Of a DNA stretch of 64,000 nt, positions 25,181 to 38,414 are shown piece after piece (positions within the stretch are counted from its first letter, which is position 1; each line of letters begins with the position of its first letter). Made by a program: the position numbers and the translations under genes. The notes under the pieces are model-generated. The model was not told the origin of the DNA. It did not search any database and saw nothing but the letters and a program-made list of their open reading frames with translations. This DNA comes from Podarcis gaigeae (taxonomy: Eukaryota), in NCBI GenBank assembly GCA_964106915.2, contig OZ066919.1, one strand, 5' to 3'.

Positions 25181-25524
25181 AGTGGCATGAGGCATGGAGT
25201 CAAGAGGGCCTTTCAGGTCCCACTAACTGCTTCAGAAGTGGAGCAAGGAGAAGTGGCTCGTGGCTCCTTTAGGAATGTAGACTTTCTGTTGGCTATCCTG
25301 ACAGATTTATATAGATTTATATTTATATCTCTTCTAAAGCAATTTTAAGAGGGCCCAAACGATTTGATAATTAGTGACACCCTTTTAAACGTAACCCCAC
25401 CACAGGTGCCCCAAAACTCTCCAACCCACTGCCACTTGGCCAACTGCATCCAAAGGCTTCATCAACTCCACTTCCACAAAATGCCTTGCTGCCTGATAAG
25501 AGAAGATTGTTAATAAAAGAATAC

Positions 25525-26833
25525 CTGGGATGGGATCTGTGCTGATTCAGACGAAGACATATTTATCTGACTGGACGCATTCTTTTCTAAAGAATCTATT
25601 TTTTCGTAGGTTCTCTTCTGTCTCACAGTGTCTTGCTGTACTGCTGGATCATTTGAGAGGCTCCCTCTACTGTCCATTCGAGGTCTGTATAATGACCTGT
25701 TACTAGAAGTCACATCATCTCTTGAGCTCCTGCTATTACATTTTTTCAAGCGCTCCGACTGAAACTTAATTTTGTTACCCTCTGGCAAGCTAGCATTTTC
25801 CAGCATTTCTGCATCTAAGCTACCTTTACTTCCTCTGCAGGCTGCTGATCGATTCACCACAGCACGCATTTCTGCAATCAGCTTGTCATTCAGAGCACTG
25901 AGTTCACTGTTGCTGCCCACAGAGCCAGGTCTTCCCTGGCCAGGAGCCTGTCGCCTTCCTTTTCTCTTTCTCAGGCTTGGAGAAGGTCCTGTCGAATAGC
26001 CAGAGTCTTGCTGACTTATAACTGTAGGATACTCTTGAACCTGAAGACTGTTTTGCCGACTGTGGTGGGCCTCCATATTTTTGAGAACGTTTGCCTCCAA
26101 GATTTTCCAAGAGTGTTTGAAGCTGTCCCTGGAACTAAGCTGCCCTAGCTGTGGTTTAGCAACGCCATCAACGATCACACCTGTAGCGTTAGGATTTCTG
26201 GATGATTGGTCAACATTGACCATATGTTTAATATACTCTCTTCCAACAGGGCTGTACTCTGTTGCTGATGGGTTTCTCACATGCTTTTTTCCAGCTTGGT
26301 GCTGCTGCATACTTGGATGCTGTAATAATTTAACTGGTTGGGGTTTCTTATTTAAGCTGTTGCTTGGCGACATTTGTGGAGTTGTCCCATTCACATTTAC
26401 ACTCCCAGTGTCCATATCTACAGGGGGCTCATCATAAATCGGGGAATCAATTGATGGCTCATCATATATTGGTGCTGGAGAAGCATACTTGGGAGAGGAA
26501 GGCTGTGATGTTTGCGTCTGACTTCCTGAAGGACTACTGAGCCCATTAGTTAACACTAGACAAAACCCTCCATTCTCTGTCTTCTTAATCTGCATTGACT
26601 GTTTTGTTTCTGCTGAAGCTGCTGGTTTCTGCATTGCTGTATTTGGGGCTATAGCCTGAGGTTGGGCATATATAACTTGTTTTGCATGCAGAGATTTCTG
26701 GCTGCTGGTTTCCGCGCTGTTCTGCATCTGAAGCGAATTGCTCGAGGTGGAATTAACTTGTCTCAGGCTGTTGACTTTGACCAGCATGGCTGCTTTAGTC
26801 CCTGGTAAAGGCTGCCACCGGGTAGGGGTGTCT
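25525..26833 (-). CDS. ARHGAP39: ARHGAP39-like large linker exon (1309 nt, phase 2-0)
   Basis: Long open frame (track ORF 25510-26787) extended to acceptor ttttccccatacAG; donor CAG|GTATTC at 25524. Retains ARHGAP39-type motifs MLVKV, SQPSSPKY, PIYDEPP, EYSPVGREY, RKRKGR, TYEK..LEK, PSQ. Phase matches both neighbouring exons. Confidence 0.9.
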
Positions 26834-28489
26834 CTGTATGGGGAAAATAAAGCATTTAGGAAAATAAAGCCAAAAATGCAGTACTACCTTCAAGTGTAAA
26901 ATACAGTCAAAAGGTTTATCTAAATATCCAACTGGACCTCCAGTGAAGAGGAGCTTAGGTTGGGTATGCATGCATCAGCCATGGAGGAGGATGGTATGTC
27001 CATGGAATGATATGTGGGCAGAGATCTACTGCTGGTGGTGCTTCTGTCAGGAGTAGGCCCCCAAACAGTGCATTTCTGAGATGTTTTGGTGAGTGGCCTT
27101 GAACCAAATGGCTTCAAAGATTCTTATTTGCTCTGAGAAGCCCTAGGATTGAGAGCCCCATCATCTATGCCAGCCTGGAGGTTAATCCTGCTCCCCAGGA
27201 TACAACACACTTAGTATTGTTCTGTCCACAATTATTGTCTTAGGAACAACTTCCATATCAAACCATTGTGCAGGCATTTCCTTTGTTTCTATCGGAGCTT
27301 TTCAAGTTAGTAATGGAAAAATAATAAATCATACCTGCAACAGGAAAATGCTGCTCTCAGGGAGTCTGTCCCCTATCCCTTGGACAAGCCCTCCCCTGTT
27401 TAACTCCATAGGACACCAGGCATTTATTTTTCAACATCCAAATACTGCATATGGTCTCTACAGTGCTACTTTTCAGTTGTGAGTAAAGATCATATTTTTG
27501 TTGTCTGCTGATTTCTGTTGAGTCTTGAGGGAAAGGAAGACTTTGTCCCATTCAGAAAAAACCTGTGGGCTTAATTTTTAAGCAGTGTCCTCCCTTGCTC
27601 TTCTAATGAATTCTGAGGAATCTAGAAGTTCAACACCTGTTTGTTTCCCCTTGTATGCATTTTACTTCTACACTGTAACAGCAGTCATTTCTTTTCTTCT
27701 TATGTCATCTAGGAACTACAATAAACGATGGGCTCTAATGAGCAAACCTTTAAGAATAAGAGTTTGCTTATTTTTCCTTTTCCTTCCCCATCTCTATTAG
27801 ATTCTACAGCTTGTGAGCAGGGCAGGTTTTCCTTAAAAAAACTAAAAACTTTATTTAACACCTAGTAAACCTCAGGTCCTTTAGAAATATTATATAAGTG
27901 AATTTGATTTTAAACATGCACATCTTACTAATGTCAGTAGGCTGGATTCAACTACCCCTTTTCCACTAGCAGAAGCCAGTATAAAGATTCCCACTAGCAT
28001 AACTGGGCTTTCCTCCCCAAATCCACTCTGGAGGATAGGGAAAACCCACAGAACAGTGCATTTGGTGGGGTGGAGAAGGGCAAACAGAAATGCATGTGCT
28101 GACATAATGATTGGCTTAGCGGCACTCCATTGATTTCCACCCACATAATTTGCATATATTCAGAGTTTGCTACAGAGTTTGCTCATTGCTACAGAGGATC
28201 TGGCTGCTTTCTCATATTGTAGGATTATTCTTGCTTATGAGAAGGTTTTTTTATGCTGCTCCTCCCAGCATAGTAAATAAATGAGTTCTCTTTCAAATGA
28301 GTCTTGGGATTCGATCCAGGTCCATATGCAGTTCCACACTACTAGTATGAACTCCAGAAAATCATGTGTTGTAACAGTCATGCAACTCACCACCAATTTA
28401 TTTGCCCAGGCAATTAGCACTTGCCCATCTTCTCACCAAATCCAGAGAATTGCATTAAAACCCCCAAATTCCTAAATTGTAGGGATGGC

Positions 28490-28745
28490 TGTCAACTTGG
28501 ATGGCTTAAAAGAGGATTAGAAAAATTCATGGTGAATAAGGCTACCATGAAGGATAATGGCTACTGATATGTTTTACCTCCACAGTTGGGGGCAACATGA
28601 ATACTAGCTTATAGTAATCAAAAGTGACACCAGTGGTGTTGTATGCAGGTTTCTGCTTGAAGGCATCTGGTTAGACATTGTGAAAACAGGATGCTGGACT
28701 AGATGTTGCCTTTGTTTTGATCCAACGGCACTCTTATGTTCTTAT
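28490..28745 (+). mobile_element. CR1-type 3' end fragment
   Basis: aaaagaggattagaaaaattcatgg...aacaggatgctggactagatg...ctcttatgttcttat terminal repeat. Confidence 0.6.
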
Positions 28746-28895
28746 GAGACAGAAAGAGTAAGAGGAGGACAAAGACTGGCATCTGGATAGATACTTCTGC
28801 TGTTATTTTCCAAGTGGAGGAAACAAAACAGCAGTCTCTCTATCTTGTTAAGAATACAGAGTCCAGAGTGACAAGACTAGCATTTCAGGGAAATA

Positions 28896-29121
28896 CAGTG
28901 GTACCTTGGGTTAAGTACTTAATTCGTTCCAGAGGTCCGTTCTTAACCTGAAACTGTTCTTAACATGAAGCACCACTTTAGCTAATGGGGCCTCCCGCTG
29001 CCGCTGCGCCACCGGAGCATGATTTCTGTTCTCATCCTCAAGCAAAGTTCTTAACCTGAGGTAGTATTTCTGGGTTAGCAGAGTCTGTAACCTGAAGCGT
29101 ATGTAACCCAAGGTACCACTG
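28896..29121 (+). mobile_element. Tigger/pogo-like MITE, same family as 6771-6996
   Basis: TIRs CAGTGGTACCTTGGGTTA / TAACCCAAGGTACCACTG with TA TSD. Confidence 0.9.
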
Positions 29122-29123
29122 TA

Positions 29124-29315
29124 CAATGGAACCTCGTGTTACGTACTGTCCTCTTTGGGAACACTTCGGGTTATGAGCACCCAGTTGTGAACTTTCCCTG
29201 GGGATGCGAGTAGATGGGAGGCGCCATTAGCGAAAGCGCACCTTGGGTTATGAACGGTTTGGGCTTAAGAACGGACCTCCGGAATTAATTAAGTTCATAA
29301 CTGGAGGTACCACTG
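29124..29315 (-). mobile_element. Related Tigger-like MITE abutting the previous copy
   Basis: CAATGGAACCTCGTGTTA...TAACTGGAGGTACCACTG-TA. Shares the TA at 29122-29123 with the neighbouring element. Confidence 0.8.
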
Positions 29316-31407
29316 TACAGCACTGTTGTATGACAGCTGGGGTGGGGACATAATCTGGGCAGGTGAGCAGAGCAGGTTACAGGCAGAACACTTGTTTGCA
29401 AATATCAGACGGCATCAACTGAAGCTAATGAACAGTTTCCTTCTATTTCCTATTACCAAACAGTTGCCAATACAAGAACCAGCACGACCAGGAAATGTTT
29501 TGCCTATGTGAAAGCTTTATTCCGAATTCATCGGTCCGCAGCATGAAATGCAGTCTGGTTAACCTACAGAATGTTTTCATTTCTGTTTCCAGTTAATTAT
29601 AGCTTTTGTGTGGTTGCTTAGGCCTCATGGTTCTAGTCTTGAGTTAAGCTACCTGCAATAAGACTCACCACAGATTAACCAAACTATATCATATATACTA
29701 GGAGTGAACTCAATTATCCGAGTGCCGTTCCATGGCACCACCCACCCACAAAATATTCCAAAACAGTCCAACAAGGGCGTAGCATGCTCAGTGGTGATGG
29801 AATGCTGGCTGGCTGTTGTGGGGGGAGGGAATAGAGTAGTTGGGCAACACTTCACACTGCAACATCTTATTGCAGATTGTACTTGTAAATATGTAACACT
29901 AACCCACCCCTAAATCAGTTTTTTTGCCCAACCAAGCAGGGGTCGCTCATACAAAGTTTACTGGAACTTATGCCAGACTCAAAGTGGGTCAAATCTATCT
30001 GCATGAAGACTGAGTAATTTAATGAATTAATTGCATCAGTTAGTTAACCAAGTGGTCTTTTGATGAAGCAGCAGAGTTTAAATTTGGTTGAATACCTGGT
30101 ACATTTTATTATATATTGCTTTTTGTATAAAGTACTGAGGGAACAATTCTTGGAACAAATTTTTGGGAGGTATGTAGAGAGGTCCTTCCATGAGGCTATA
30201 AACTTTCCGCTCTGTAGCCAAGACAGACACATTACTGTAAAGACTGCATGTTTTTTAACCCTAGAAAGTGATGATAGGAGAAATTTTTAAAAGGAGAATA
30301 CTGCGTCTTGCCAGAGGTATTCAGAATTTTAAGTTTGTTACTGTTTTTATTTTATTCAGATTTGTGTAACTTTGATTTATTTGAACATGTTTTAAAATAG
30401 GGGACACTTTTTCATGGTAAACACTGATTTGCCTGTGAATTTTAGAATCTTACATTTGTTTATGTTGTACAATATATATATTTTATTTGGAACTCTCTCA
30501 GTTTTGTTTACCTTGACTTGTGTTACTTCCATATTGCTATGTACTTCTCTTTGTTAAACCCTCTTGCTTTGTGATGGTCTGATGGCAAATGAATCGAAGT
30601 GGCAGTGGCAGAGAGAGTTGGGTAGTTAGAACAAATGGTCAGGAAACCCAAGGAATTTAATCCCCAGTTCTGCTCTTCAGAAGAATTAGTAGCAATCACA
30701 ACAGAGAACAGTTAATTTGATGACTCCCCAAAATTATTTTTAGCTTGTCTTCAGAAAAGGAAATATTTTTAAATTAACAACAAAGAAACAAAGGGAAACA
30801 CACAGGGCTGCATCCTGCATATGATAGGATACAAGTGAGCAAAATATCCTTAGTATAAACTGGCATGGAAAATACGACTACACCAAGTTTGCTCAGGAAA
30901 AGCTTATGGAGAGGCAAGAGTCACTGTTTCCACAAAAAAACCCAAAGTTGTAACTCAAAAGCATATTTACCAATGGCTCAAAATACATTTGAAGAACACA
31001 AAGTTGAGAAAGATCTAGTATAATCACACTTATAATCTAACTAGACTTGACACATCTCTCCCCACTTCCCTCAACAAAGATTTATGACTGAATTTTATTA
31101 GCATTTAGAACAGCCATGCTGGATGCCATCTTGAATTTTCAGCAGAATCTCACCATGCTCAAGATTTGCACAGAGAAATAGTAAAACCTAAAAGGTGGGT
31201 GAACCATTGCTGGGTGAGAGAGATTCTGTCACAACATCTCCACAAACTGTCACCTGAATACTCTCATTGCACAAACAGGCGCTGTTCACTTAATACACAA
31301 ACTAGTCCTCAGGAAAAAACCTTGAATGTGGATTAAGTCCAGTCATTTTGGATACTGATGGTGAAGCGCAATATAAACTACTACAGCAAATAAGTATAAA
31401 ACAAACT

Positions 31408-31614
31408 GGGCTGTATCAAGTGAAGGCATTGCACTCACAAAACTTCTGCACATGCAATCAAACTTTCCCTTCCTCTCCTCCGCTTCCCTAAATCTGCTCT
31501 TGGGGTCCTTCTAACCCTCCAGAGCAGATCTGAGGGGCACACAGGGAAAGGAGAAGTAGGGAAAGTTTAATCGGAAGTCATTTTTCAAGTGCAATATTTC
31601 ATTGGCTTCAACCC
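31408..31614. mobile_element. Palindromic MITE with GGG...CCC ends (related copies at about 13700-13921 and 35548-35782)
   Basis: Shared core ccctaaatctgctc...gagcagatctgagggg and inverted termini. Confidence 0.45.
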
Positions 31615-31681
31615 ATTACATCTGACACAGCCATACTGTTGATTATGATTTTTTAAAAACAACTTTAGAGTGTATATTTTA

Positions 31682-31932
31682 CAGTGGTACCTCAGGTTAC
31701 AGATGCTTCAGGTTACAGACACTTCAGTTACAGGTTACAGACTCCGCTAACCCAGAAATAGTACCTCGGGTTAAGAACTTTGCTTCAGGATGAGAACAGA
31801 AATCGTGCAGCAGTGGCGCAGCGACAGCAGCAGGAGGCCCCATGAGCTAAAGTGGTGCTTCAGGTTAAGAACAGCTTCAGGTTAAGAACAGACCTCCAGA
31901 ACAAATTAAGTTCTTAACCCGAGGTACCACTG
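31682..31932 (-). mobile_element. Tigger/pogo-like MITE, reverse orientation
   Basis: TIRs CAGTGGTACCTCAGGTTA / TAACCCGAGGTACCACTG with TA TSD. Reverse complement of the 6771 family. Confidence 0.9.
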
Positions 31933-33520
31933 TACACAGCTGGAACATTTGAGGACTGGGAGCCTCCTAACATTTCTGCTCCCACAGTTCCTCCTTCATC
32001 TACCATCAAAGCCTAAGGCTGTGAGGAAAGATAGCAATATAGCAGTAGCAGCAGCCACCGCCCAATGAGGAGGCCTTGGCCTGTGAGGGACTAATTAATA
32101 CCTGGTTGCTTCAACAGTCAGTTCTAGGCCAGGAGTTGCAGCTGCAGAGTGCCACGTTGCAACAACAGAAAACTGGTGGGGGAGGGAGGGAGATTTCTAT
32201 ACACCTTTGCTCAGCTCTAGAAAACACTGTTCCATTGCCCTTTTTATTGTGTTTTAAATATATTCTAAGCTGCCTCGAGAACTTCAGCTATCCGCCTTGG
32301 TAGCTCAGTTGGTAGAGCAAAAGACTCTAAGGAGCAGTAGAAGTACTTCAGAAGGCAGGCAATGTCAGGATTCCCCCCACCCCACCCCGACATCTTCGGA
32401 CAAGGGCATTTCCCAAGTGCAACCCTGTGAATTAACATACTACTTTGTAATGGCAAAGCTACAGCACTGTTGGTGCAAAAGACTGGCCTTAAAAAAATTA
32501 AAAAAACACCGCACAAGTGTGCAAAAGTCAAGATTACGCCCTAAGAAATGAATGCAGCTTGTGCAAAGCCTGCTATTTCACCTCTCTATTTTAAGCACCA
32601 CTTTCTTCCTCCTCTATGAAAGCTGGTCTCAAGGCAAGCTCTTCCACCTGCCACGTTGTTGAAACCTGAGAACTCTTCATGTAAGAGACTGATAGGTTAG
32701 AACAGATGCGTCTCAATACCACCAGGGGGAAAGGCTGCCAGCTTGCATAATTCTTTTAGGCTTTGCCAGCTTTCGTTTAGAAAAATAGCCTCATAGGTGC
32801 CAACTCTATACGTGTGTCAAAAATGCAAAAGGGCTTGCATTCTGCACAGTTTTCAACAGGTGTTATATCCTTTTTGTGCAGTTGTCTTTGTCTATATCAG
32901 ACGATTAAAAAAGTCATAGGCAGCTGTTCATATGGGATTATGTGAACTTATGGCTTTATAATATTTTGTCTGCACTTCTGTCTCAGTTCTGCCTCACTGA
33001 AATTCTGTGTCATCAGATTTGTTTTATTTTTCTTCAAGCAGCAGACCCTAGTATTCTCTGGCTCATGCAATAGCTGGGAGATTTAAGAGGGGCCCTGCTA
33101 ACTAATCCAAATCTGCCATGGAGCAGGGAAGAAGATTTTTAAAGAGACAGAAATCTATTGGGAAAGAAGGTGAGAAATGGAGTTTAGCTGTTAGGTTTGG
33201 GATCCAAAGACAAAGGGGGAATAAGAGAAGTGCTCTCACTACCTGAAAAACTCTCAGCTTCATACACAAAAGATACACAAATTAACAGTTGGAAGAAGAG
33301 CAATCAGTAGCAAAAGCTCACCTTATTGCTCCGAAACACCCGCTCAGAACATGGGAGAAATATCACCATGGAAATGATTAACCTTGTAGACTTAGTTTTA
33401 GCAAACAAACCCTTTTTTCAAATACAATCATATGTCTGACTTCAACTGGGTTGCCAGTCAGTGAATGTAATACCCTTTTTATGAGGACCAGCCAAGGTTT
33501 CAAAATGCAGCTTGCAAAGC

Positions 33521-33868
33521 CTTCTTTTTGTGTGTGTGTCTATCATGTGCATCTTTATTGGAACTGTTTATTTTAAAGTCAGTGTACAGTTTTCACCCCC
33601 ATTGTATTCCCGTATACATACTGGCACCAAATTTGGGTAAGGACTCCCCCAGCTCTGGGAGGGGGAAGCGGGGTACACTGTAAGCCTTCACATCTAGAGA
33701 TTAGGAAGAAGATAAACCTACACAGCCCATTTCTATTTCATTGTTGGTTTTTTGCATGGCCAAAAGTAAACAAAAACCGGAAGAAGACAAAGTTTTTTGT
33801 TTTGTTTTAAGGCGCAAGATACAGAAAAGACACTTGTTGGATTATATTTGGGAAGGGGGAGGTTTCTA
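33521..33868 (-). pseudogene. Probable 5'-truncated retrocopy of an mRNA 3' UTR
   Basis: 12-bp direct repeats agcttgcaaagc at 33509-33520 and 33869-33880. Two AATAAA on the minus strand (33572-33567, 33559-33554) followed by an A-rich decayed tail at the junction. Confidence 0.6.
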
Positions 33869-36800
33869 AGCTTGCAAAGCTTTTGATTTTCATAGAGATA
33901 TTTATCAGGCTGAGGTTAATGTTGTATTTAGATTTGAGCATAATGAATGTCAGGGACAGACACAGACTGGTTTTTGTATTTTCAAAAGGAGCCATGTCCA
34001 TTTCTGCTTAGTCCCAGTGGGCTTTGTGCGACTTTAGCAGACGGACTAGTCTTAACTTAATCATATCTGTGAATACTTCCACCATTCTAAATATGGCGTT
34101 TCTTCCCAATTATCTTCCATAGTAGCATTTTAAGTGATTACATAACTATATGATCATCTTTTTTAAGGTAGGGAGAGTATTTACTTTGCCACTGTCCCTT
34201 GGAAAAAATCATACAAATGCCTATGTGCTCAGTAGATGTGATCCCAAGGCTGAAAACATGGTTTTAAAGGTGTCAATTTCTTTCCGAAAACAGTGTTTTC
34301 GGGTGAGTGTGCTTTGAAAAAGCCCAGTTCCCACTGAGCTCCCCATAGGTGTGGATGGAATCAACTTTTTTTCAAGCACAATCTACACTTCATTTTGCAC
34401 AGTTCCATGTTCAAAGAGCAGGCAGGGCTGGACTATTAGGCTAATAAGGCCATTATATCTTGTAATTCCTCAATTTTCCATTTGAGACCTTGGGCCTGTC
34501 ACTCTTAGGGAAATCCACGTATGCCATCTTGGACCCAGGGAAGAATAAATAAGGCATTTTTTAAAAATTGAAGACTCAGTAAGCATTTTAAAGTGTTATG
34601 TGTGGAAATGGGCTATAGTAGTCTAATCTTCAAAGTCTAACACACATAGCAGAAGTATCATGTGTTGTGGATTGATATCCTGAAGCAGTTTCATTTGGGA
34701 GATTTGCCTCTCTCTCCCCCCCCCCCCCAATATACCAAACACATGCATAATGCTCAAATCCCTTTTTTGGGGACATGTTGATTTGCTGAAGTACCAGCAG
34801 TGAAGAAAGTCTATTTGGCTGGACCCTCTTATTATAGAATCCAATGTGAGAGAATGGTATAATCCTCTTAGCAAAACATTCACAAAGGTGAGTGGGGTTG
34901 AAGGTGTGGTGCAGTCCAAACAAACCAGGGTTAAGCCAGGAAAACTCACTTTAGGTTCGAAACATGATCTAAAAGCAAGGTTAGGCAATAGTCCAAGGTC
35001 ATTGCCACAGGGATCCCAGGCAAGGTGCAGCTCGGCAAGGAGGGGAGAATGGGTTTGGGACCAAAGAGCCAGAAATCTCCATTGTTTCCAGCAACTGAAA
35101 GGCAACTCAAGAGGATTCTCGGGACTGGTTCCAGGGGACCTTGTCTGATCCTCTAAGTCCTTGACCTGCAAGGTGGCTAGGTTGTCCTCTGACGATTCTG
35201 TTTGACGCCATGTCAGAGCTAAGCATGACAGAACGTTTCCCAAATGTCACAACTGCTTTTGGGTACTAACGGTAAAATGTTCCTTCTCTTTTATAAAATG
35301 GGTAAAGAATGTCTTCTGATCCGTCATGAAAAGCCTTTCACAGCTTTGTCCCTCTTGGTCACCGGCAGTGAATTTATCAGATTTCTGAACTATTATTACA
35401 TCACTCGTGATTTTGTCATAGCCAAGGCCAGGAGAAACACCTGGCAATTGGTATTCAGTTGCATATTGTCTCTGAACATGGAGGTTCTGGTTAGCTAGCA
35501 GGGCTAACTGTCCTTGATAGAACTATATAACTTTGATTAAAATCACTGGGTGGCATTCAAATAATAGTCACACCAGCACAAAGATTAGTGCTAATGCAAT
35601 GGGATTCCCCTGCTTTCCTTTCCCCCATGTGAGCTCTGTGCTGTCCCCAGATCTGCTCCCATGCATTGGGTGAAGTCCCAGAACATATTTTAGGGAGCAC
35701 ATGGGGGCAGTACATTCCATTGCACAAGGAGAAATCCTTGCACTGACAGAACATTTTGCTCAGTGCTATGTTGAACAGAACCTATTGTCCCCTTGTGTTG
35801 GTCTGTACTCGGGACAAATTCCTTCATTGTTGCCTTACGTGATCCCCTCTCTTGCCTGCATAAAACAACAAATTTCATTTCAGGAGGCACAGAGAAAGGA
35901 ATAAATCCTGATTGACCTTTAGCAAGGCCTTTAGATTAAGGATGCAAGGTCTGTAGCTTTCTTTACATGTAAAACTTCAGAACAAATAGGATTCACATAC
36001 TGTGAATATTATCTTACTGGTAACAGAAAAACTAATCATCAATAAAATACTCTTTATATATAATTAACCTGAGCTCTACATTATAAACATTAAAGTGCAT
36101 GCTGGTTGTGCAATGATACTTGTAATAAAGATTTTTTGTCTATATATGCCCTATAGTAGAGTTAAAAATTGTGACAACGGGGGAAGGTTTAAATATTGCT
36201 TAAAACTGGAGTAGATAGTGCTAGGGAAACACCCTTGGTTAGAAGCAACAAACTTGTTTTCTTACAATGCAGTGTAACTTGCTACCAAAACGCACACAGG
36301 CAGCTGGCCAAGTCTGCGCAAGAAATGAATTCCATGATTTTTGGGCTGACTTATTGGGGGACAGAAAACTGTGAGCTACCTAAACAAATGAAATGCCACT
36401 TTTGAGTTTCTTCAGCAAGTTGTTGACAAGTTTAAGCACTACAACTTCAAGCACGGCTCTCAGTGCCTCCAGCACAACACTCCAGCAAGGCTTAGCCAGC
36501 AAAAGAAAGAATGGGCTGACAGCTGCAGCCTGAAGAAAGGATTTTGCCATTCCAAGTCCTGGCCAAAATCTGGAAACTCTGCTTACGGAATGTGATCTCA
36601 CTTTTCAGAGAGTTACAGCTTTGTCAATCCACCAGAATGGAGGACAGAATAGGTTCAGATTAGAAACCATATACTTAGGGTGTGGGGACAAGACAACAGG
36701 GATGTCTGCTGCCTTTATGCCCTGCTTATGAATCATTGAGCTGGATTCACCTGGAAACAAAATACTGGACTCTACATTTTTGGGGGACTTTCCATAGGGG

Positions 36801-36958
36801 CAGTAGCTAAAAAAATTACTTGCTGAGTCCATTCTAAACACCTCACAAGGGCTTCAGGTACCAGTGTTCACAGGAAGAATAAAGGGAAGTTAATTATTCA
36901 ATTTTTTGGCCTCATAATTAGCACTCAGGAAATAAGATCTGTCTGGGTAAAACCTGGA

Positions 36959-37358
36959 CTGGGGCGTCTTATCCACAGAGGCTAGTGGCGCAGGGCACCA
37001 AGTTCTGAAGGGTGCCAAGGAAGAGGCGGAGGCTGGATGTGGTGCCTCCCGACATCAGCTCGCTGCCCTCACCTGCCTCCGCCATGCCGCGCCAAAGCAG
37101 TGCCGCGCCCAGAGCCTCCACCTGCCATGGCCAGCACAGCACATATCAGCCAGCTGAGCTGGGAGCCACTGCGTCCAGCCTCTGCCTCTTCCCCGCCGGA
37201 GGAGCTCCAGGTGCTGCCCGCCTCCTCCAGCCCCGCAAAGCTGGGCGCGTTGCCGGCAGCGCTGTCCTCCCTATAAAAGGTCAGCAACTCTGGGAAATGG
37301 GGGGGGGGCGTGGAGGGATCTTTGCACCACGGGGCCCCATATGCTTAAGACGGCCCTG
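36959..37358. mobile_element. GC-rich non-autonomous DNA transposon (hAT-like)
   Basis: Termini CTGGGGCGTCTTA / TAAGACGGCCCTG are inverted repeats enclosing a GC-rich block. TSD unclear. Confidence 0.5.
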
Positions 37359-38362
37359 TTTGAGTAAAATAGCACATGGCATATTTTCACATTTCTGGCC
37401 GTTCTGCACATGTGCCTAGTGCTCTGTTCTCCATCAAATGATTTAGTGGACTTTGAAGGCAATGAATGCAATTGTCATAGGCAGTTGGAAAGAGGCTTGG
37501 ATTGCATTCCAGGACATGATACTACCAAAATACTAGTGCCAGTTTATTATGTCTGAACTGACTGTAAGCCAAATGAGTTCATCTAATCCTTATCCAGAAA
37601 GTAAGATGACTAAAAAGCTTTCAATATCAGCAAAATCAAAAATAACTTCCAAGTTGCTTTTGTGTTCACAGAAATCTTACAAAATAGAGAAGAGAGGACA
37701 AATGAAACACAAACAACAATCAATAACAACACACAACAGACTAGAAATATTTTGAAAACATTTCATGACGATTTCTGCAACTGCCCCAAGTTTTTCTAGA
37801 CATAATTATTTTTACAAAATGATATTATTAAGTTTATTCTCTGCTCTGAATCACAATCCTTCACAGATATATTAACTTGTAAAAGCATAGATCACCCACT
37901 CTCAGTTTAAAGCTGCAATCCTACACACGTAACTGTAACCAAGCCCTGTCAAACACAATGGGGTTTACCTCGGAGCAAACCTGAGTAAAATTCCTTTACC
38001 ATGCAAAGGAATGTGTTACATATCTCATGCCAACCTACAGCCTTTACCCGTTCTTCACACAACCATGCTAATCTCATGAAGAACAGAACGGGGGGGGGGG
38101 GGGAACGCTCATTAATGTTAATGCATAAGAGATTACGGTATTTCAAGTCCTTTCTCTCAAATTCAAAAACAAAAGCCTAGTTAAGCAACTGAACTTCAAC
38201 CTTTGCAGTTGCTCTCCAACTCTGTCTTTCCCATGCAAGCTACGTTCAGCAAAATTTCCTTCAAGTAATGGTTTACTGACTATTGCTTATTACATTCGTA
38301 TTTTACCACTTCCCCAAGGAGACCATTTCATGTCCCAATATCACCCTGACTGGGTGATTTTT

Positions 38363-38414
<52 letters not shown>

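Noticed and set aside
26920-27200. Near-open frame just upstream of the linker exon
   Set aside because: Interrupted by stops and lacks convincing splice sites; no similarity to the family.
32294-32330. tRNA-like gccttggtagctcagttggtagagcaaaagactct
   Set aside because: Only the acceptor 5' strand, D-arm and part of the anticodon arm are present, with no T-arm or B-box. It is a tRNA or SINE-head fragment, not a tRNA gene.
33322-33369. ATG...AAG|GTGAGC mini-exon candidate
   Set aside because: The ATG frame ends in phase 0, incompatible with the phase-2 acceptor at 26833; the phase-2 frame contains a TGA and no ATG.
34623-35243. 206-aa minus-strand ORF inside the WW-linker intron
   Set aside because: Starts at TTG, has no recognisable homology, and I found no phase 2-2 splice pair in its frame.
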